Shown here: piece after piece, positions 18,612 to 29,712 of the stretch | Numbering within the stretch: the first letter of the stretch is position 1 | How the letters are laid out: each line of letters starts with the position of its first letter | Virus record (IMG/VR): IMGVR_UViG_3300023109_000014 | Span: 1-64,000 of that record | Source of the DNA: a virus | Length of the DNA: 64,000 nucleotides | Reading direction: 5' to 3' (one strand) | Program-made: the position numbers and the translations under genes | The notes under the pieces: model-generated | Databases searched by the model: none | Told to the model about the DNA's origin: nothing | The model's input: the letters and a program-made list of their open reading frames with translations, nothing else

Positions 18612-18968
18612 ATGGCTTTTACCTACTGTCAACACTGCGGAACTAAACACGAATACTCTTCATCTATACCCAACTTTTGCACGAATTGCGGCACCTCCTT
18701 TGGCGCAGCAAGAGCACCTTCAGGCAATTTAAAAAATGAAGAAGAAGAAATTACTAAAAAACCCTCATCAATTCCAGAGATCAACAAGTTAGATTATGAG
18801 ATAAAACATAATGATTATCAAGAATCTACAATTGGTTCAGTAATGAAGGAAGAAAAATTAAATATCTCTACTCCTCGAAGGTCCCGAAAAAGTTTAACTG
18901 GAGATTCAGTAAAAGACTGTATTGAAGAATGTAAGCCTGCCAGGGAAGCGAAAGAGATTGACGGATAA
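18612..18968 (+). CDS. zinc-ribbon protein
   Basis: YCQHCG...PNFCTNCG. Confidence 0.75.
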   Translation: MAFTYCQHCGTKHEYSSSIPNFCTNCGTSFGAARAPSGNLKNEEEEITKKPSSIPEINKLDYEIKHNDYQESTIGSVMKEEKLNISTPRRSRKSLTGDSVKDCIEECKPAREAKEIDG

Positions 18969-19665
18969 AAATAAAAAATTAACCTACGAAGAATGCCACG
19001 ATATTGTGGTTGAAGAGATTTTAAAACGTAGGCATAAATGGTTCTTAACTTCTGTTTCGTGGATGGATTTTGACGACGTTACTCAAATTATTTCTTCGCA
19101 TATATACGTTAAGTGGGATAAGTTTGACCAGTCCAAACCACTAAAGCCATGGTTGAATAAAACAATCTCGAATCAATTGAAGAATATTCTTCGAAATAAT
19201 TATTCTAACTTTGTTCGCCCATGCATGAGCTGCCCTTTTAACCTTTCTGGTTCTGGGGGTGATGATGGAGCTTGTTCATTTACCCCTTCAGGCGCACAAG
19301 ATTCATCATGCCCGCTGTTTGCAAAATGGGAAAAAACAAAAAAAAGCGCTTATGACATAAAATTACCTTTATCAATTCACGCAGAAGAAACTGACTATAT
19401 AGAAATAAAAGACTCTCATGCAGAAATTCAAAACCCAGAGCAAAGACTGCACCTAGAAATGAAAAAAGTACTTGCTCCTAGACAATACATAATCTATGAT
19501 ATGTTATATATACAACACAAGTCAGAAGAAGATGTTGCATTAAGAATGGGTTATAAAACTTCAGAAACTGGAAGGAAGGCTGGATACAAGCAAATAAAAA
19601 ACCTAAAAAAACAATTTAAAGAAAAAGCAAAAATGTTAATTGCAACCAAGGATATTTTCATTTAA
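18922..19665 (+). CDS. phage sigma70-family factor with Cys insert (candidate late sigma)
   Basis: region 2 FDDVTQ...KPWLNKTISNQLKNILR; CxxC...C...C insert; region 4 LAPRQ...SEEDVALRMGY; true start may be TTG 18958. Confidence 0.7.
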   Translation: MKNVSLPGKRKRLTDKNKKLTYEECHDIVVEEILKRRHKWFLTSVSWMDFDDVTQIISSHIYVKWDKFDQSKPLKPWLNKTISNQLKNILRNNYSNFVRPCMSCPFNLSGSGGDDGACSFTPSGAQDSSCPLFAKWEKTKKSAYDIKLPLSIHAEETDYIEIKDSHAEIQNPEQRLHLEMKKVLAPRQYIIYDMLYIQHKSEEDVALRMGYKTSETGRKAGYKQIKNLKKQFKEKAKMLIATKDIFI

Positions 19666-20723
19666 TGAATAAAGTTAATTTAACAGAAGACCAAAAACAG
19701 TTTATTCAAAAAAACAAAGATAAACTTACCGACCTTGGAGAAATGACTCGGTCTGTATTTATGGACGAAAGCCTTGATGGAAGAACTACTGAAGGTAGAT
19801 CTGTGAGAGAATATTTGATTGAGATAGGTCAAAAGTTCGACACGACAAAAGCTGTACCCGCTAAAAATATTACTTTATCAGAAGAGCAAAAAAGTTTCAT
19901 ATCTGGCTATGCGAAAGACGGAATGAACGCTTTTCAGATTTCTAAAATTATTTTTGCAGATGGAGGCGTAACCCCTTTGAGTAAAGAAACTATCGTTATA
20001 GCCGACTTTATTAGAGAGAGTATGCCTGAGGGCTTAGCAGATCAAGATTCTGCAAGAGGGGTTGAGTACAACCCTCCTTGTTCTGTACTTGCTGCAGTTA
20101 AAAAAATTAACTCCGTATCTGGAACAAAATTAAATCAAGAAAAACTCACGAGGCACGAAAAGCTTTGCGCAGAAAATTTAACTAACCTACTATCTTCTCC
20201 AAGGTTCACTTCTCAGATTAATAGTTATACCAGTCAGGGAGATAGGCTTTTATTTGAAGCTGAGTTTACGAGAGCTTGTTGGGATAAGCCAGACCTTACT
20301 CCTGATGAAATAAATATGTATATTAACGTATGTATGGACTATATTAATTTAAAACAGATTGAGATTCAAAAATTAAAATTGAATGATATGTTTAATGCTG
20401 CTGAAGAAGAGACTGATCTTACTATGCGACTTACTGAAATATTAAAAACAAAGAGCGAAGAATATAATCAATGCATAAACAGAATTGATAGAGCAATAAC
20501 CAAGCTGCAGGGAGATAGATCGAAAAGATTACAATCTAGACAGCAAAGTACAGCAAGTATGCTATCATTAGTTAAACTATTTCAAGAAGAAGAAGAAAGA
20601 AATATAATGATTAAAATGGCTGAAATGCAGAAGAAAATAATTAGTGAAGAAGCGGAAAGAATGGAGGCCATGCCAGAATGGAAAGCTAGAGTACTTGGAA
20701 TATCCAGAGATGAAGCAATATGA
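19665..20723 (+). CDS. hypothetical protein, possible terminase small subunit
   Basis: helical/coiled-coil; located two genes upstream of terL. Confidence 0.45.
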   Translation: MNKVNLTEDQKQFIQKNKDKLTDLGEMTRSVFMDESLDGRTTEGRSVREYLIEIGQKFDTTKAVPAKNITLSEEQKSFISGYAKDGMNAFQISKIIFADGGVTPLSKETIVIADFIRESMPEGLADQDSARGVEYNPPCSVLAAVKKINSVSGTKLNQEKLTRHEKLCAENLTNLLSSPRFTSQINSYTSQGDRLLFEAEFTRACWDKPDLTPDEINMYINVCMDYINLKQIEIQKLKLNDMFNAAEEETDLTMRLTEILKTKSEEYNQCINRIDRAITKLQGDRSKRLQSRQQSTASMLSLVKLFQEEEERNIMIKMAEMQKKIISEEAERMEAMPEWKARVLGISRDEAI

Positions 20724-21685
20724 TTAATGAAGATAAAATGTATGTATGTAAAGTTTGCGGCGAATCCTTTAATACTGAACGTAGCCTACACGCGCATTTA
20801 AAAAAACATAATTTGACTGTTGCGGAATATTATACCACGCATTTTCCTAAAAAAGATTTATTGACAGGAGACCCTTTACCTTTTAAGAATAAAAAAGATT
20901 ACTTTAATAGAGATTTTTTATCTAGAAACAGATTGATAAAATGGTTAAGCATGCAGTCTAGGGAGGATGCTGAGGTAAGAAAATATATAATTAATAAACT
21001 TGAAAAAAGAATCAAGTCTAAAAATCTACCTCATGCTCCTTGCCATATAGAATTGCAATTATGTCAATTACCGCCTATAGAATATTACAAAAAGATATTT
21101 GGGAGTTATAGCGAAGCCTGCAAGGAATTGCAGGGCAGCAATATGGAACCTATCTATTCCCAGAATATTGTATCTGATTTTTTTGAATCCAATAAGCGTT
21201 ATGACGATGTTGAAGTATTGATAGACACTCGAGAGCAACAACCGTTACAGTTTAACAAATCAAGAATTTTAAAATTAGACTTTGGCGATTATACTACTGG
21301 TGGAGATCAATACTCTTACACTTACGTGGACAGAAAAAGCGAGGCAGACTTTAAGTCAACTCTTTCAGTTGGTTTCGAAAGATTTAAGAAAGAAATTTGC
21401 AGGGCTGTTGAGTTTGACAGTTTTTTATATATTGTTGTTGATTCTAGCATTAATCAAATAGAAAAGAATAATGGTTTCTCCGCTCATAAAGCTAACCTTG
21501 CTTTCATATGGCATAACATGCGATTTTTAATAAATGAATATCCTAAAAATTGCCAATTTATATTTTCTAGCAGTCGAGCAGCTTCTGAATTTTTAATTCC
21601 TAGATTACTAATTGAGGGAAAAAACTTATGGGGTTGCGACATGCAGTTTCATATAGACAAAAGAATAAGAGAAAAGAAACAATGA
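20720..21685 (+). CDS. C2H2 zinc finger + ERCC4 (XPF/Mus81-type) nuclease
   Basis: CKVC...HLKKH; IDTREQ, GDY, VDRKS..DF, ERF..E. Confidence 0.8.
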   Translation: MINEDKMYVCKVCGESFNTERSLHAHLKKHNLTVAEYYTTHFPKKDLLTGDPLPFKNKKDYFNRDFLSRNRLIKWLSMQSREDAEVRKYIINKLEKRIKSKNLPHAPCHIELQLCQLPPIEYYKKIFGSYSEACKELQGSNMEPIYSQNIVSDFFESNKRYDDVEVLIDTREQQPLQFNKSRILKLDFGDYTTGGDQYSYTYVDRKSEADFKSTLSVGFERFKKEICRAVEFDSFLYIVVDSSINQIEKNNGFSAHKANLAFIWHNMRFLINEYPKNCQFIFSSSRAASEFLIPRLLIEGKNLWGCDMQFHIDKRIREKKQ

Positions 21686-23547
21686 CCTGGGATACTGGAA
21701 AACAACTTCAAAGAGAATCGTTTAAAGATATTAACGATATCATACTAAATAAAAAAGGTTTTTTAGAAGAAAGGGAGGCGAAGTTACTTTTGTATAAATT
21801 CTTAAGAAACAATATTACTTTTGCTGCCGATTTACTTGCAGGAGTAAAACTTTTTCCTTTTCAGCATATGGGTGTTAAGTCAATGTTTCAGACTGATTAT
21901 TTCTTAGGCGTATGGAGTCGAGGAATGTCAAAATCATGGACTACTGGCGTTTTTGCGTTTCTCGACGCAATATTAAATCAAGGTGTTCAAATTGGTATTA
22001 TCTCTAAGTCCTTTAGGCAATCTAAGATGATATTTAAAAAAATTGAAGATATTGCCAACAAACCAGAAGCAGCTTTGCTTGCGCAATGTATCACTAAAAC
22101 TTCAAAGACTAATGATCAATGGACTATGCATATCGGGGAAAGTCAGATTCATGCTTTGCCATTGGGTGATGGAGAAAAATTGAGAGGTTTTCGATTTCAC
22201 AGAATTATTATCGACGAATTTCTTTTGATGCCAGAAAGAATTTATAACGAAGTTATTATTCCTTTTTTGAGTGTTGTTGAGAATCCCACTCAAAGGGATG
22301 ATCTTTACTCGCTTGAGACCGAACTTATTAATAGGGGAGAAATGGAAGAAAAGGATAGGTATGTTTGGCCAAACAATAAGTTGATTATGCTTTCTTCTGC
22401 AAGTTATAAATTTGAATATATGTATAAAGTGTATTCACAATTTGATGAATTGATAAAGACTGGAAATAAGAAGCCTTCTGAAGCAAATAGGGTTGTTATG
22501 CATTTTAGCTATGACTGCGCCCCTACTCAATTATATGATCAAAATTTAATAGATCAGGCAAGAAGCTCAATGAGTCAATCTCAGTTTGATAGAGAATTTG
22601 GAGCCGTCTTTACTGATGATAGCTCAGGTTATTTCAAGACCTCTAAAATGGCAGAGTGTACGCTTCCTGAAGGCGCTTCTCCTAGCGTTGAGGTCGCTGG
22701 AGAGGTTGGTCAGAAGTATATCCTCTCTTTCGATCCCAGTTGGGCCGAAAGTGAAAGTAGTGATAATTTCGCCATGCAGGTGTTTAAATTAAGTGATGCA
22801 AAAAAACTAGGTACACTTGTTCACAGTTATGCGCTTGCTGGTGCGCCCATGCGGTCACATATATTGTATATGCATTACATTCTAACTCATTTTAATATTG
22901 TGGGAATGGTTGGAGATTACAATGGTGGCGTACAGTTTTTAAGCGCCGCCAATGAAAGTTCGATATTTAAAAAAGATGGAATTAATATAAAAATGATTGA
23001 CGCAGACTTTGATAATATTGAAGAATACAATAAGGCTTTATTGGATGCTAAGTCGCAATACGATTTAAAGAGCAAGAGAATATGTATTTTAAGAAAACCT
23101 ACAAGTGCATGGATTCGAAGAGCTAACGAACTACTTCAGTCAAACTTTGATCATAAGAGGATATTTTTTGCCTCTCCTGCTATTGATGATTTTTACGAAG
23201 AGCAAAGAAAAAAAAGGATTCCAATTAATAAATTAAAATTTTCAAACGTTATCGATAAAGACAATAGTTCTGAGGCGTCGAAAATGATCGACTTTGTTGA
23301 GCATCAGGAATCTATGATTTATGCCACAAAGGGAGAATGTTCACTAATTCAAATTACTACTTCTCCACAAGGAACACAAACTTTTGACTTGCCTCCGTCT
23401 CTTAAAAGACAAACTGGCCCAGAGAAGGCTAGAAAAGACAGTTACTCCGCCTTAATCTTGGGCAACTGGATGATTAAGACATATTATGATTTTTCAAATT
23501 CTAAAGATAATACTATTTATACATTTACCCCAATGTTTATTCGTTAA
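21682..23547 (+). CDS. terL: terminase large subunit
   Basis: LFPFQ, Walker A SRGMSKS, LRGFR, Walker B IIIDE, LSSA, REFGA.F, nuclease SFDP...D...KDSYSAL. Confidence 0.9.
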   Translation: MTWDTGKQLQRESFKDINDIILNKKGFLEEREAKLLLYKFLRNNITFAADLLAGVKLFPFQHMGVKSMFQTDYFLGVWSRGMSKSWTTGVFAFLDAILNQGVQIGIISKSFRQSKMIFKKIEDIANKPEAALLAQCITKTSKTNDQWTMHIGESQIHALPLGDGEKLRGFRFHRIIIDEFLLMPERIYNEVIIPFLSVVENPTQRDDLYSLETELINRGEMEEKDRYVWPNNKLIMLSSASYKFEYMYKVYSQFDELIKTGNKKPSEANRVVMHFSYDCAPTQLYDQNLIDQARSSMSQSQFDREFGAVFTDDSSGYFKTSKMAECTLPEGASPSVEVAGEVGQKYILSFDPSWAESESSDNFAMQVFKLSDAKKLGTLVHSYALAGAPMRSHILYMHYILTHFNIVGMVGDYNGGVQFLSAANESSIFKKDGINIKMIDADFDNIEEYNKALLDAKSQYDLKSKRICILRKPTSAWIRRANELLQSNFDHKRIFFASPAIDDFYEEQRKKRIPINKLKFSNVIDKDNSSEASKMIDFVEHQESMIYATKGECSLIQITTSPQGTQTFDLPPSLKRQTGPEKARKDSYSALILGNWMIKTYYDFSNSKDNTIYTFTPMFIR

Positions 23548-23600
23548 AGTTAAAAGTCGACTTTAACTTTACTTTTAAACTTTTTCGTGTATAATAATTT

Positions 23601-25640
23601 ATGTCTAGAAAATATACCAAACGTTCAGATTATTGGAAAAAATTTGACCAAACAAACAATAACCTTTCCGACCTTACCTCTCAAGATAATCCTGTCGAGC
23701 CTAAGTTTTGCGGCACAAACTATTACAGCAAGTCTTCGCAAATATCCAGAAGCCAACCATCTTCGGGCCGATCTGGCGCAAGCAAAAGCAATTCAACTTT
23801 TAAGAAATCAAAGCAGAATAAATATTCGAATATAAGAGAGGGTATTCTTCCTTTTGAGCCTGGATCATCTGGAGTTTCAATTCAAGATGCTATTGAACTT
23901 TGCCAGAAAGCTTATGCAAATATTGCTATATTTCGTAACGCTGTAGATATAATGTCAGAATTTGCAAACTCTAATATTCACCTTGAGGGAGGAACTGAGC
24001 CCGCTAGGCAGTTTATTGACCGTTGGTTAAATAAAATTAAAATCTGGAATTTAAAAGATCAATACTTTAGAGAATATTACAGATCTGGAAATGTTTTCTT
24101 GTACAGGGTTGATGGCAAATTTGATAAAGAAGACCTTAAGAAGATTTCTACGATTTACGCTTCGTCTTTACCTTTAGGGCAAGTACCCGTTAAGTATATA
24201 TTACTCAACCCCTATGATATTGTAGTAACAAAAACAACCTCTTTTGAAGAAGGAGATTATAAAAAGGTATTATCTGAGTATGAACTAGATCGATTAAGGA
24301 ACCCAAAAACTCAAGAGGATAAAGAGTTCTTTAATGCGCTTCCCGAAAAAACTAAAAAAGAAATTAAAGAAAAAAGATTTTCTCGAGAAGGAATATATGT
24401 TCAACTTGATCCAACAAAATTAAATTATAGCTTTTATAAAAAACAGGATTATGAACCTTTTGCAATTCCTTTTGGCTTTCCCGTATTGGATGATATTAAC
24501 TGGAAGTTAGAATTAAAAAAAGTTGACCAAGCAATTAGTAGAACTGTTGAAAATGTTATTCTTTTAATAACCATGGGTGCAGAGCCTGATAAGGGAGGAA
24601 TTAATCCAACCAATCTAAATGCCATGCAATCTTTATTTATGAATGAAAGTGTTGGTAGAGTGTTGGTTAGCGACCATACCACAAAAGCAAATTTTATTAT
24701 TCCAGAAATAAATAAAATTCTGGGGCCAGAAAAGTATGAAATTGTTAATGCCGACATTCGAGATGCATTACAGAATGTTATCGTCGGACAGGAAAAGTAT
24801 TCTAATACTCAAGTTAAGGCTCAAATATTTTTAGAAAGACTCAAAGAGGCTAGAAACGCTTTTATTCAAGATTTTCTACAGCCTCAAATTAAAATGGTCT
24901 GCCGCAATATGGGGTTTCGACAATTTCCAGAAGCCAAATTTGAAGATATTGATATTAAAGATGAAGTCCAACTGCAAAGAATCGCAACAAGATTAATTGA
25001 ATTAGGAATTTTAACTCCTGAAGATGGATTACGCACAATTCAGTCAGGCGTTTACCCGACGATAGATCAATTAGAGAAAAACCAAAAAGAATATGCAACT
25101 CAAAGAGAACAGGGGATGTATAACCCTCTAGTGGGCGGCGTACCTTCTGTAGAACCTCCTGGAGCAGAAGAAGATCGAAAGATTAACGAAAAACTGTCTA
25201 AGGAAAAGATTAAGCAGGATGCAAAAAATAAAAGCGAACAGGTTAAGCAACAAGGAGAGCAGGCTGGACAAAATCAAAATAAAGTACCTCAAGAAGTTGG
25301 TAGGCCAACAGGAGCAACAGCCAGCTATAGTCAAAAAGCAATCCAGGAAACCGTTTATGCTGTTGAGAGCTTGAGGTCTGAATTAAATAAAACAATGAAA
25401 AAGAAGATTAAAAAAAGAAAACTAAACGAACAGCAAGTTGATTCGATAGATAAACTCGTTCAGTCTGTTGTGGTTTCTTCAAAAATAGAAGATTGGCAAA
25501 ATACTGGAACTCAATGTATTGAAGATTTTAATAAAATCTCTCAACTTAATATTCTTGATGAGGTTAGTGAAATATCATCTGCTCACGAATTAGCAGATTA
25601 TCCTTCAGCGATTCTTTTTCACAGCAAGACAAAAAAATAA
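23601..25640 (+). CDS. portal protein
   Basis: position after terL, 679 aa, helical, GRP motif near C-terminus. Confidence 0.8.
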   Translation: MSRKYTKRSDYWKKFDQTNNNLSDLTSQDNPVEPKFCGTNYYSKSSQISRSQPSSGRSGASKSNSTFKKSKQNKYSNIREGILPFEPGSSGVSIQDAIELCQKAYANIAIFRNAVDIMSEFANSNIHLEGGTEPARQFIDRWLNKIKIWNLKDQYFREYYRSGNVFLYRVDGKFDKEDLKKISTIYASSLPLGQVPVKYILLNPYDIVVTKTTSFEEGDYKKVLSEYELDRLRNPKTQEDKEFFNALPEKTKKEIKEKRFSREGIYVQLDPTKLNYSFYKKQDYEPFAIPFGFPVLDDINWKLELKKVDQAISRTVENVILLITMGAEPDKGGINPTNLNAMQSLFMNESVGRVLVSDHTTKANFIIPEINKILGPEKYEIVNADIRDALQNVIVGQEKYSNTQVKAQIFLERLKEARNAFIQDFLQPQIKMVCRNMGFRQFPEAKFEDIDIKDEVQLQRIATRLIELGILTPEDGLRTIQSGVYPTIDQLEKNQKEYATQREQGMYNPLVGGVPSVEPPGAEEDRKINEKLSKEKIKQDAKNKSEQVKQQGEQAGQNQNKVPQEVGRPTGATASYSQKAIQETVYAVESLRSELNKTMKKKIKKRKLNEQQVDSIDKLVQSVVVSSKIEDWQNTGTQCIEDFNKISQLNILDEVSEISSAHELADYPSAILFHSKTKK

Positions 25641-25659
25641 AATACGTGTATCTATCCTT

Positions 25660-25854
25660 ATGATTCAATTTTACAACGTTAGAAAAAAAGAAAAAGTGCA
25701 GATTGATCCATCTAAAGTAGAAAAAAAAGTTTATACTAGAACTACTAAAAATGGAAAGATTAGTGAACGTTATGCATTCGCAGCGGTGGATGAAGATGGA
25801 ACAAAAATGACTAAATTCTGCAGTAAAGCAGATTACGATAAATTAGAAAACTAA
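25660..25854 (+). CDS. small basic protein (DUF5679-like)
   Basis: FYNVRKKEKV...NG...TKMTKF. Confidence 0.55.
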   Translation: MIQFYNVRKKEKVQIDPSKVEKKVYTRTTKNGKISERYAFAAVDEDGTKMTKFCSKADYDKLEN

Positions 25855-27401
25855 TGAGTAAGTTTAAATATTCTACGACATTTAATTTTGAAGCAGTCGC
25901 TTCAGCTTCTCCAATTTCTAAAACAGAAATATCTAAGGCATCGATTACGAATCTAGAAGGCTTAATTCCTAAAAATATTGATCTCGAGAGAAATATTGAT
26001 TTGTTAGGAGTTGCATTTAATGCAGCTGTTGTAAATAAATTCAATAAAAATGGCGACGGTATTGATTCTAATACCGCTTTAGCTATAAAAGATTACTTTG
26101 TTCACAAACCTACAAACATAGAACATAATAGGGATCAGGTTGTTGGGCATATAGTTTCTTCTGGTTTTTCTTCTTATGAAGATAGCGTCATAATGTCTGA
26201 CGAACAAGTAAAATCTCAAGAAGAACCTTTTAATATTTCTTTGGCTGCAGTAGTTTATAAAAACTCGAGTCCGCAATTTTCAGATCTTTTAGAATCATCT
26301 GCAGATGAAAATGGAGATTTTTCCACGATAATATCTACAAGTTGGGAATTGGGGTTTAATGAGTTTGCTGTATCAATTGGATCTGAAGAGTTAAAAGATA
26401 ATGAGGTTGTTTACGGCGAAGATATAGAAAAATATAAAGAACATCTTGTGGCATTCGGCGGTAGTGGAAAATTAGAAGACGGAAGAACTGTTCATCGACT
26501 AGTTACTGGCGAAGTTTATCCTCTTGGAGTAGCGTTTACAACAAAGCCTGCTGCGGATGTTAATGGTGTTTTGCTTGCCGATCGGGAAGAAAATAATCAA
26601 GACGCTCCAAGCACTAATGATGCTTTTTTAAATAAAATTCAAGAAAAAAGTTCTCATCTGAATAAAAACAATGTAATTCTACCAAAGGAAACAAATTTAG
26701 ATAATACTATGGAAACAGAAAAAATAATTAATAGCTTAGAAGCTCTTCTTGATGAGAAGCGTCGTGCAAACGATTTCTCTGATGAAGCCGTGGCTAGCAT
26801 TTCTAAACTCGTCAATGATGTGATTATAGAAAAGTCCTCAGAATGGAAGTCTCAAGTAGAAGAAGCTCAAAGTAAAGCTGAGCAACTTGAAAACTCCCAA
26901 GCTGAAATGGCTGAAAAATATGATTTACTTCAGAAGGATTTTGAAGATGCTAATAAAAATTTAGAACAACTGAAAATAGATAATGCCGAAAGAGATGCTC
27001 AGGAATCTTTCAATTCTAGAATGGAATCCCTTTCAAGCGATTACGATTTAAGCGAAGAAGATCTTAAGATCGTCGCTTCGGAATTACAATCTATTCCTGT
27101 TGGTATAGAGGCTTTTGCAGGATACAAAGAAAAATTCATGCAAATTTGGTCTCATAAAAATAAAGAAGTTATCGCAACTAAAGAAGCTGAAATTGAGTCT
27201 AGAATTCTTGCCGAAGTCGAAAAAAGAACTTCAGGCGAAGAAAAGCAAGACTCAGCAGAAGTTGTTGATGCTGCGCTCGAAAACGTAGAAGAGTCTGAAG
27301 AATTGATTCCAAATAACAATTCCGAATCCTTGGAAGAAGAATCTTTATCAGATCGATTTGAGAAAGCATTTTCTCAAGAAAACATTTCAATCAAATACTA
27401 A
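25854..27401 (+). CDS. prohead protease / scaffold fusion
   Basis: NKNGD, KPTNIEH...VVGHI, SWE, TTKPAA followed by long acidic coiled coil; possible internal start at 26709. Confidence 0.75.
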   Translation: MSKFKYSTTFNFEAVASASPISKTEISKASITNLEGLIPKNIDLERNIDLLGVAFNAAVVNKFNKNGDGIDSNTALAIKDYFVHKPTNIEHNRDQVVGHIVSSGFSSYEDSVIMSDEQVKSQEEPFNISLAAVVYKNSSPQFSDLLESSADENGDFSTIISTSWELGFNEFAVSIGSEELKDNEVVYGEDIEKYKEHLVAFGGSGKLEDGRTVHRLVTGEVYPLGVAFTTKPAADVNGVLLADREENNQDAPSTNDAFLNKIQEKSSHLNKNNVILPKETNLDNTMETEKIINSLEALLDEKRRANDFSDEAVASISKLVNDVIIEKSSEWKSQVEEAQSKAEQLENSQAEMAEKYDLLQKDFEDANKNLEQLKIDNAERDAQESFNSRMESLSSDYDLSEEDLKIVASELQSIPVGIEAFAGYKEKFMQIWSHKNKEVIATKEAEIESRILAEVEKRTSGEEKQDSAEVVDAALENVEESEELIPNNNSESLEEESLSDRFEKAFSQENISIKY

Positions 27402-27418
27402 TTTAACAAAGATAAAAT

Positions 27419-28033
27419 ATGGCTATTCGAATACTACCATTCCGACAGTACGACGAAAATGACGTTGTCAATATGTTCTCTATGGACGTTGCTAACAGCA
27501 ATCCTAGTGATACAGTTGCCGACGCTGGACTACTCGTCTCCGTGAGTGCGAAAGACATGGACAAAGATCCTATCGAGCTTAACGCCGCTGACGGCGGACT
27601 GCTCGGAAAGAGAGATTATCCTCATGTTGCTCGCAACTATTACCCTTCAGTTCCACTCAAGATTACAGCTTGCGATGGAGGAGTTCCTTTTGGAATTACT
27701 TTGGCTCAAACTTTAACTCACGACGAAAACGGCGAAAATCTTCTTCGTTATCCTCAAAAGAAAGCTGAATTATATGCAGTAACTTCTGGAGAAGCAGTTC
27801 CCGTTGCAACCAAAGGAATTTTTACCTTGGCTGAAAGCGCGTTTACAGCCGCTCCATTAGTCACCGATACATACGTTACAGCTGCTACTGGCAACAATAA
27901 AGGAAAATTAACCGCAGGAACCAATGCTTCTGGTGCTGTAGGAAAAATTCTTGGAGTTGGAAGCAGAACTTCTCAGAATGGAAATGCCGATCAGTTTGAG
28001 GGTAAATACGTAGTCGTAAAACTTGACCTTTAA
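27419..28033 (+). CDS. head decoration/cement protein
   Basis: Gly/Ala-rich beta protein directly upstream of MCP. Confidence 0.6.
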   Translation: MAIRILPFRQYDENDVVNMFSMDVANSNPSDTVADAGLLVSVSAKDMDKDPIELNAADGGLLGKRDYPHVARNYYPSVPLKITACDGGVPFGITLAQTLTHDENGENLLRYPQKKAELYAVTSGEAVPVATKGIFTLAESAFTAAPLVTDTYVTAATGNNKGKLTAGTNASGAVGKILGVGSRTSQNGNADQFEGKYVVVKLDL

Positions 28034-28056
28034 TATAGGAGATAAATTATATAATT

Positions 28057-29196
28057 ATGGAAATTACACTTAAACATACTGACGAACAGGTAGAACTTGT
28101 AAAAGCTATGGCCTCAAACGATAGAGATATCGCTTATGAAGCTCAAGCAGCTTTAGCAAAATTTATCGCTCCCGTCCTCGCAGAAGTTGTTAATCAAGCT
28201 CCTACGCTTGCTAATAAATTTCAAAGCTTTTCTTTTAATTCTGAAGATAACCCCAGTTTTCCTCTTGACTTGTACTATGATGTAACTGACGAAGATTACA
28301 TTCATACTTGGAGTCAAACTCTTGCTGGTGGACTACCAACCAATCAGGTTCAGCCCACTCATAGCGAAATGAAGTTTACCACTTATCGTCTTGATAGTGC
28401 TATTAGCTTCGAAAAACGTTATGCAGCTAAATCTCGCATGGATGTTATCGGAAAGAGCATGACTCGCATTGCCCAAGAAATCATGATCAAGCAGGAAACT
28501 ACTTCTGCTAATTTGATTCTTGGAGCTCTTGCAGAAGCTAAAACCGATAGCATATCTCATATCCACGAATCTACTCATGGCAAGCTCATGTTGGAAGATT
28601 TTAATAAGCTTATCACTCTCTCCAAGAGAATTCATAAGTCCTGGTATGGCGGAACTCCTGACAGCAGTGCTCGTCGTGGAGTAACTGACTTGTTGGTATC
28701 CCCTGAAGTTATCGAAAACCTTCGCTCGCTCGCTTACAACCCTGTTAACACCTCTGCTGGCGTTAAGGTTGATGGTACTGGTACTGGAGTAGCTGATTCT
28801 TCAATCGCTGCTACTGACTCTATGCGTGAAGGTCTCTGGCGTAACTCTGGCATTCCTGAATTTTTTGGAATTCGACTTCAAGAGTTCTCTGAGCTTGGTA
28901 GAGGTGAGCGTTTCAATAATGTTTTCGCAAGCATGATTACTGCTGCTGGCAACAATAAGTCTGTATCTTCTTTCACTAGTGCTAGTGGAGCAGGAGATGA
29001 GATTGTTATTGGTCTTGACGCGTCTGTAAGTTCTCTTTGGAGAGCTGTTGCAACAGATTCAGAAACTGGTTCTGAATTCTCGTTGGCCGTGGACGATCAA
29101 TACAGCGTTCGCCAAGGAAAGATTGGTTACTATGGAAGCCTTGAAGAAGGTCGAGTTATTCTTGACAATCGGGCTTTATATGGTATAAAGATCTAA
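28057..29196 (+). CDS. major capsid protein (HK97-type)
   Basis: size, synteny, strong codon bias, DLLVSPE segment, strong SD, terminator downstream. Confidence 0.8.
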   Translation: MEITLKHTDEQVELVKAMASNDRDIAYEAQAALAKFIAPVLAEVVNQAPTLANKFQSFSFNSEDNPSFPLDLYYDVTDEDYIHTWSQTLAGGLPTNQVQPTHSEMKFTTYRLDSAISFEKRYAAKSRMDVIGKSMTRIAQEIMIKQETTSANLILGALAEAKTDSISHIHESTHGKLMLEDFNKLITLSKRIHKSWYGGTPDSSARRGVTDLLVSPEVIENLRSLAYNPVNTSAGVKVDGTGTGVADSSIAATDSMREGLWRNSGIPEFFGIRLQEFSELGRGERFNNVFASMITAAGNNKSVSSFTSASGAGDEIVIGLDASVSSLWRAVATDSETGSEFSLAVDDQYSVRQGKIGYYGSLEEGRVILDNRALYGIKI

Positions 29197-29222
29197 GTTT
29201 CTTTGTTCCCCCCACTCCTCAA

Positions 29223-29260
29223 AAGGGTCTGTGCCAAGTGCGCAGGCCCTTTTGTTTTTT
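29223..29260 (+). terminator. rho-independent terminator
   Basis: aagggtctgtgc-caagt-gcgcaggccctt followed by T-run. Confidence 0.8.
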
Positions 29261-29313
29261 CACAAGAAATGGACTTTTGTGTATGATATATATATAATAT
29301 ATAAAGGATAACT

Positions 29314-29712
29314 ATGGCAAAATCAAAAAATACAAATAAAAAAATCACCGATCAAGTTCATGGAAAAGACGAAAGTCCTAGAGACGAGGTCCAGGCAAGA
29401 ATTAAATTACAAAAAGATTTAAATGAAATAATGGGAATAAAGAAGAGCAATCCTTACAAGGTAAACTCTGAGAAAGAGTTGAGCGAAGCTTTATCTTCAA
29501 TGAATTTATCTGACATGCGGGAGATGGCTGTTTCTGCAGGTATTTTTCCTAGTGGAAATCGAACTGTTTTAAAGAAAAAGTTAGAAAAAGGATTTTCTGA
29601 ATATTCCCGAGGAGGTTCTCAAGATGTCAAGACAATACCTATGAATAATTCTGCTCGAGCTCCTGACTCGAAACTTCAAAAAGAAATTGATGAAATTTGG
29701 TCAAGAAAGTAA
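29314..29712 (+). CDS. hypothetical head-associated protein
   Basis: ORF after MCP with AAGGA SD. Confidence 0.6.
   Translation: MAKSKNTNKKITDQVHGKDESPRDEVQARIKLQKDLNEIMGIKKSNPYKVNSEKELSEALSSMNLSDMREMAVSAGIFPSGNRTVLKKKLEKGFSEYSRGGSQDVKTIPMNNSARAPDSKLQKEIDEIWSRK

Noticed and set aside
23545-23575. Near-palindrome aaagttaaaagtcgactttaacttt between terL and portal
   Set aside because: Single AT-rich copy; could be a weak terminator or chance, with no further support
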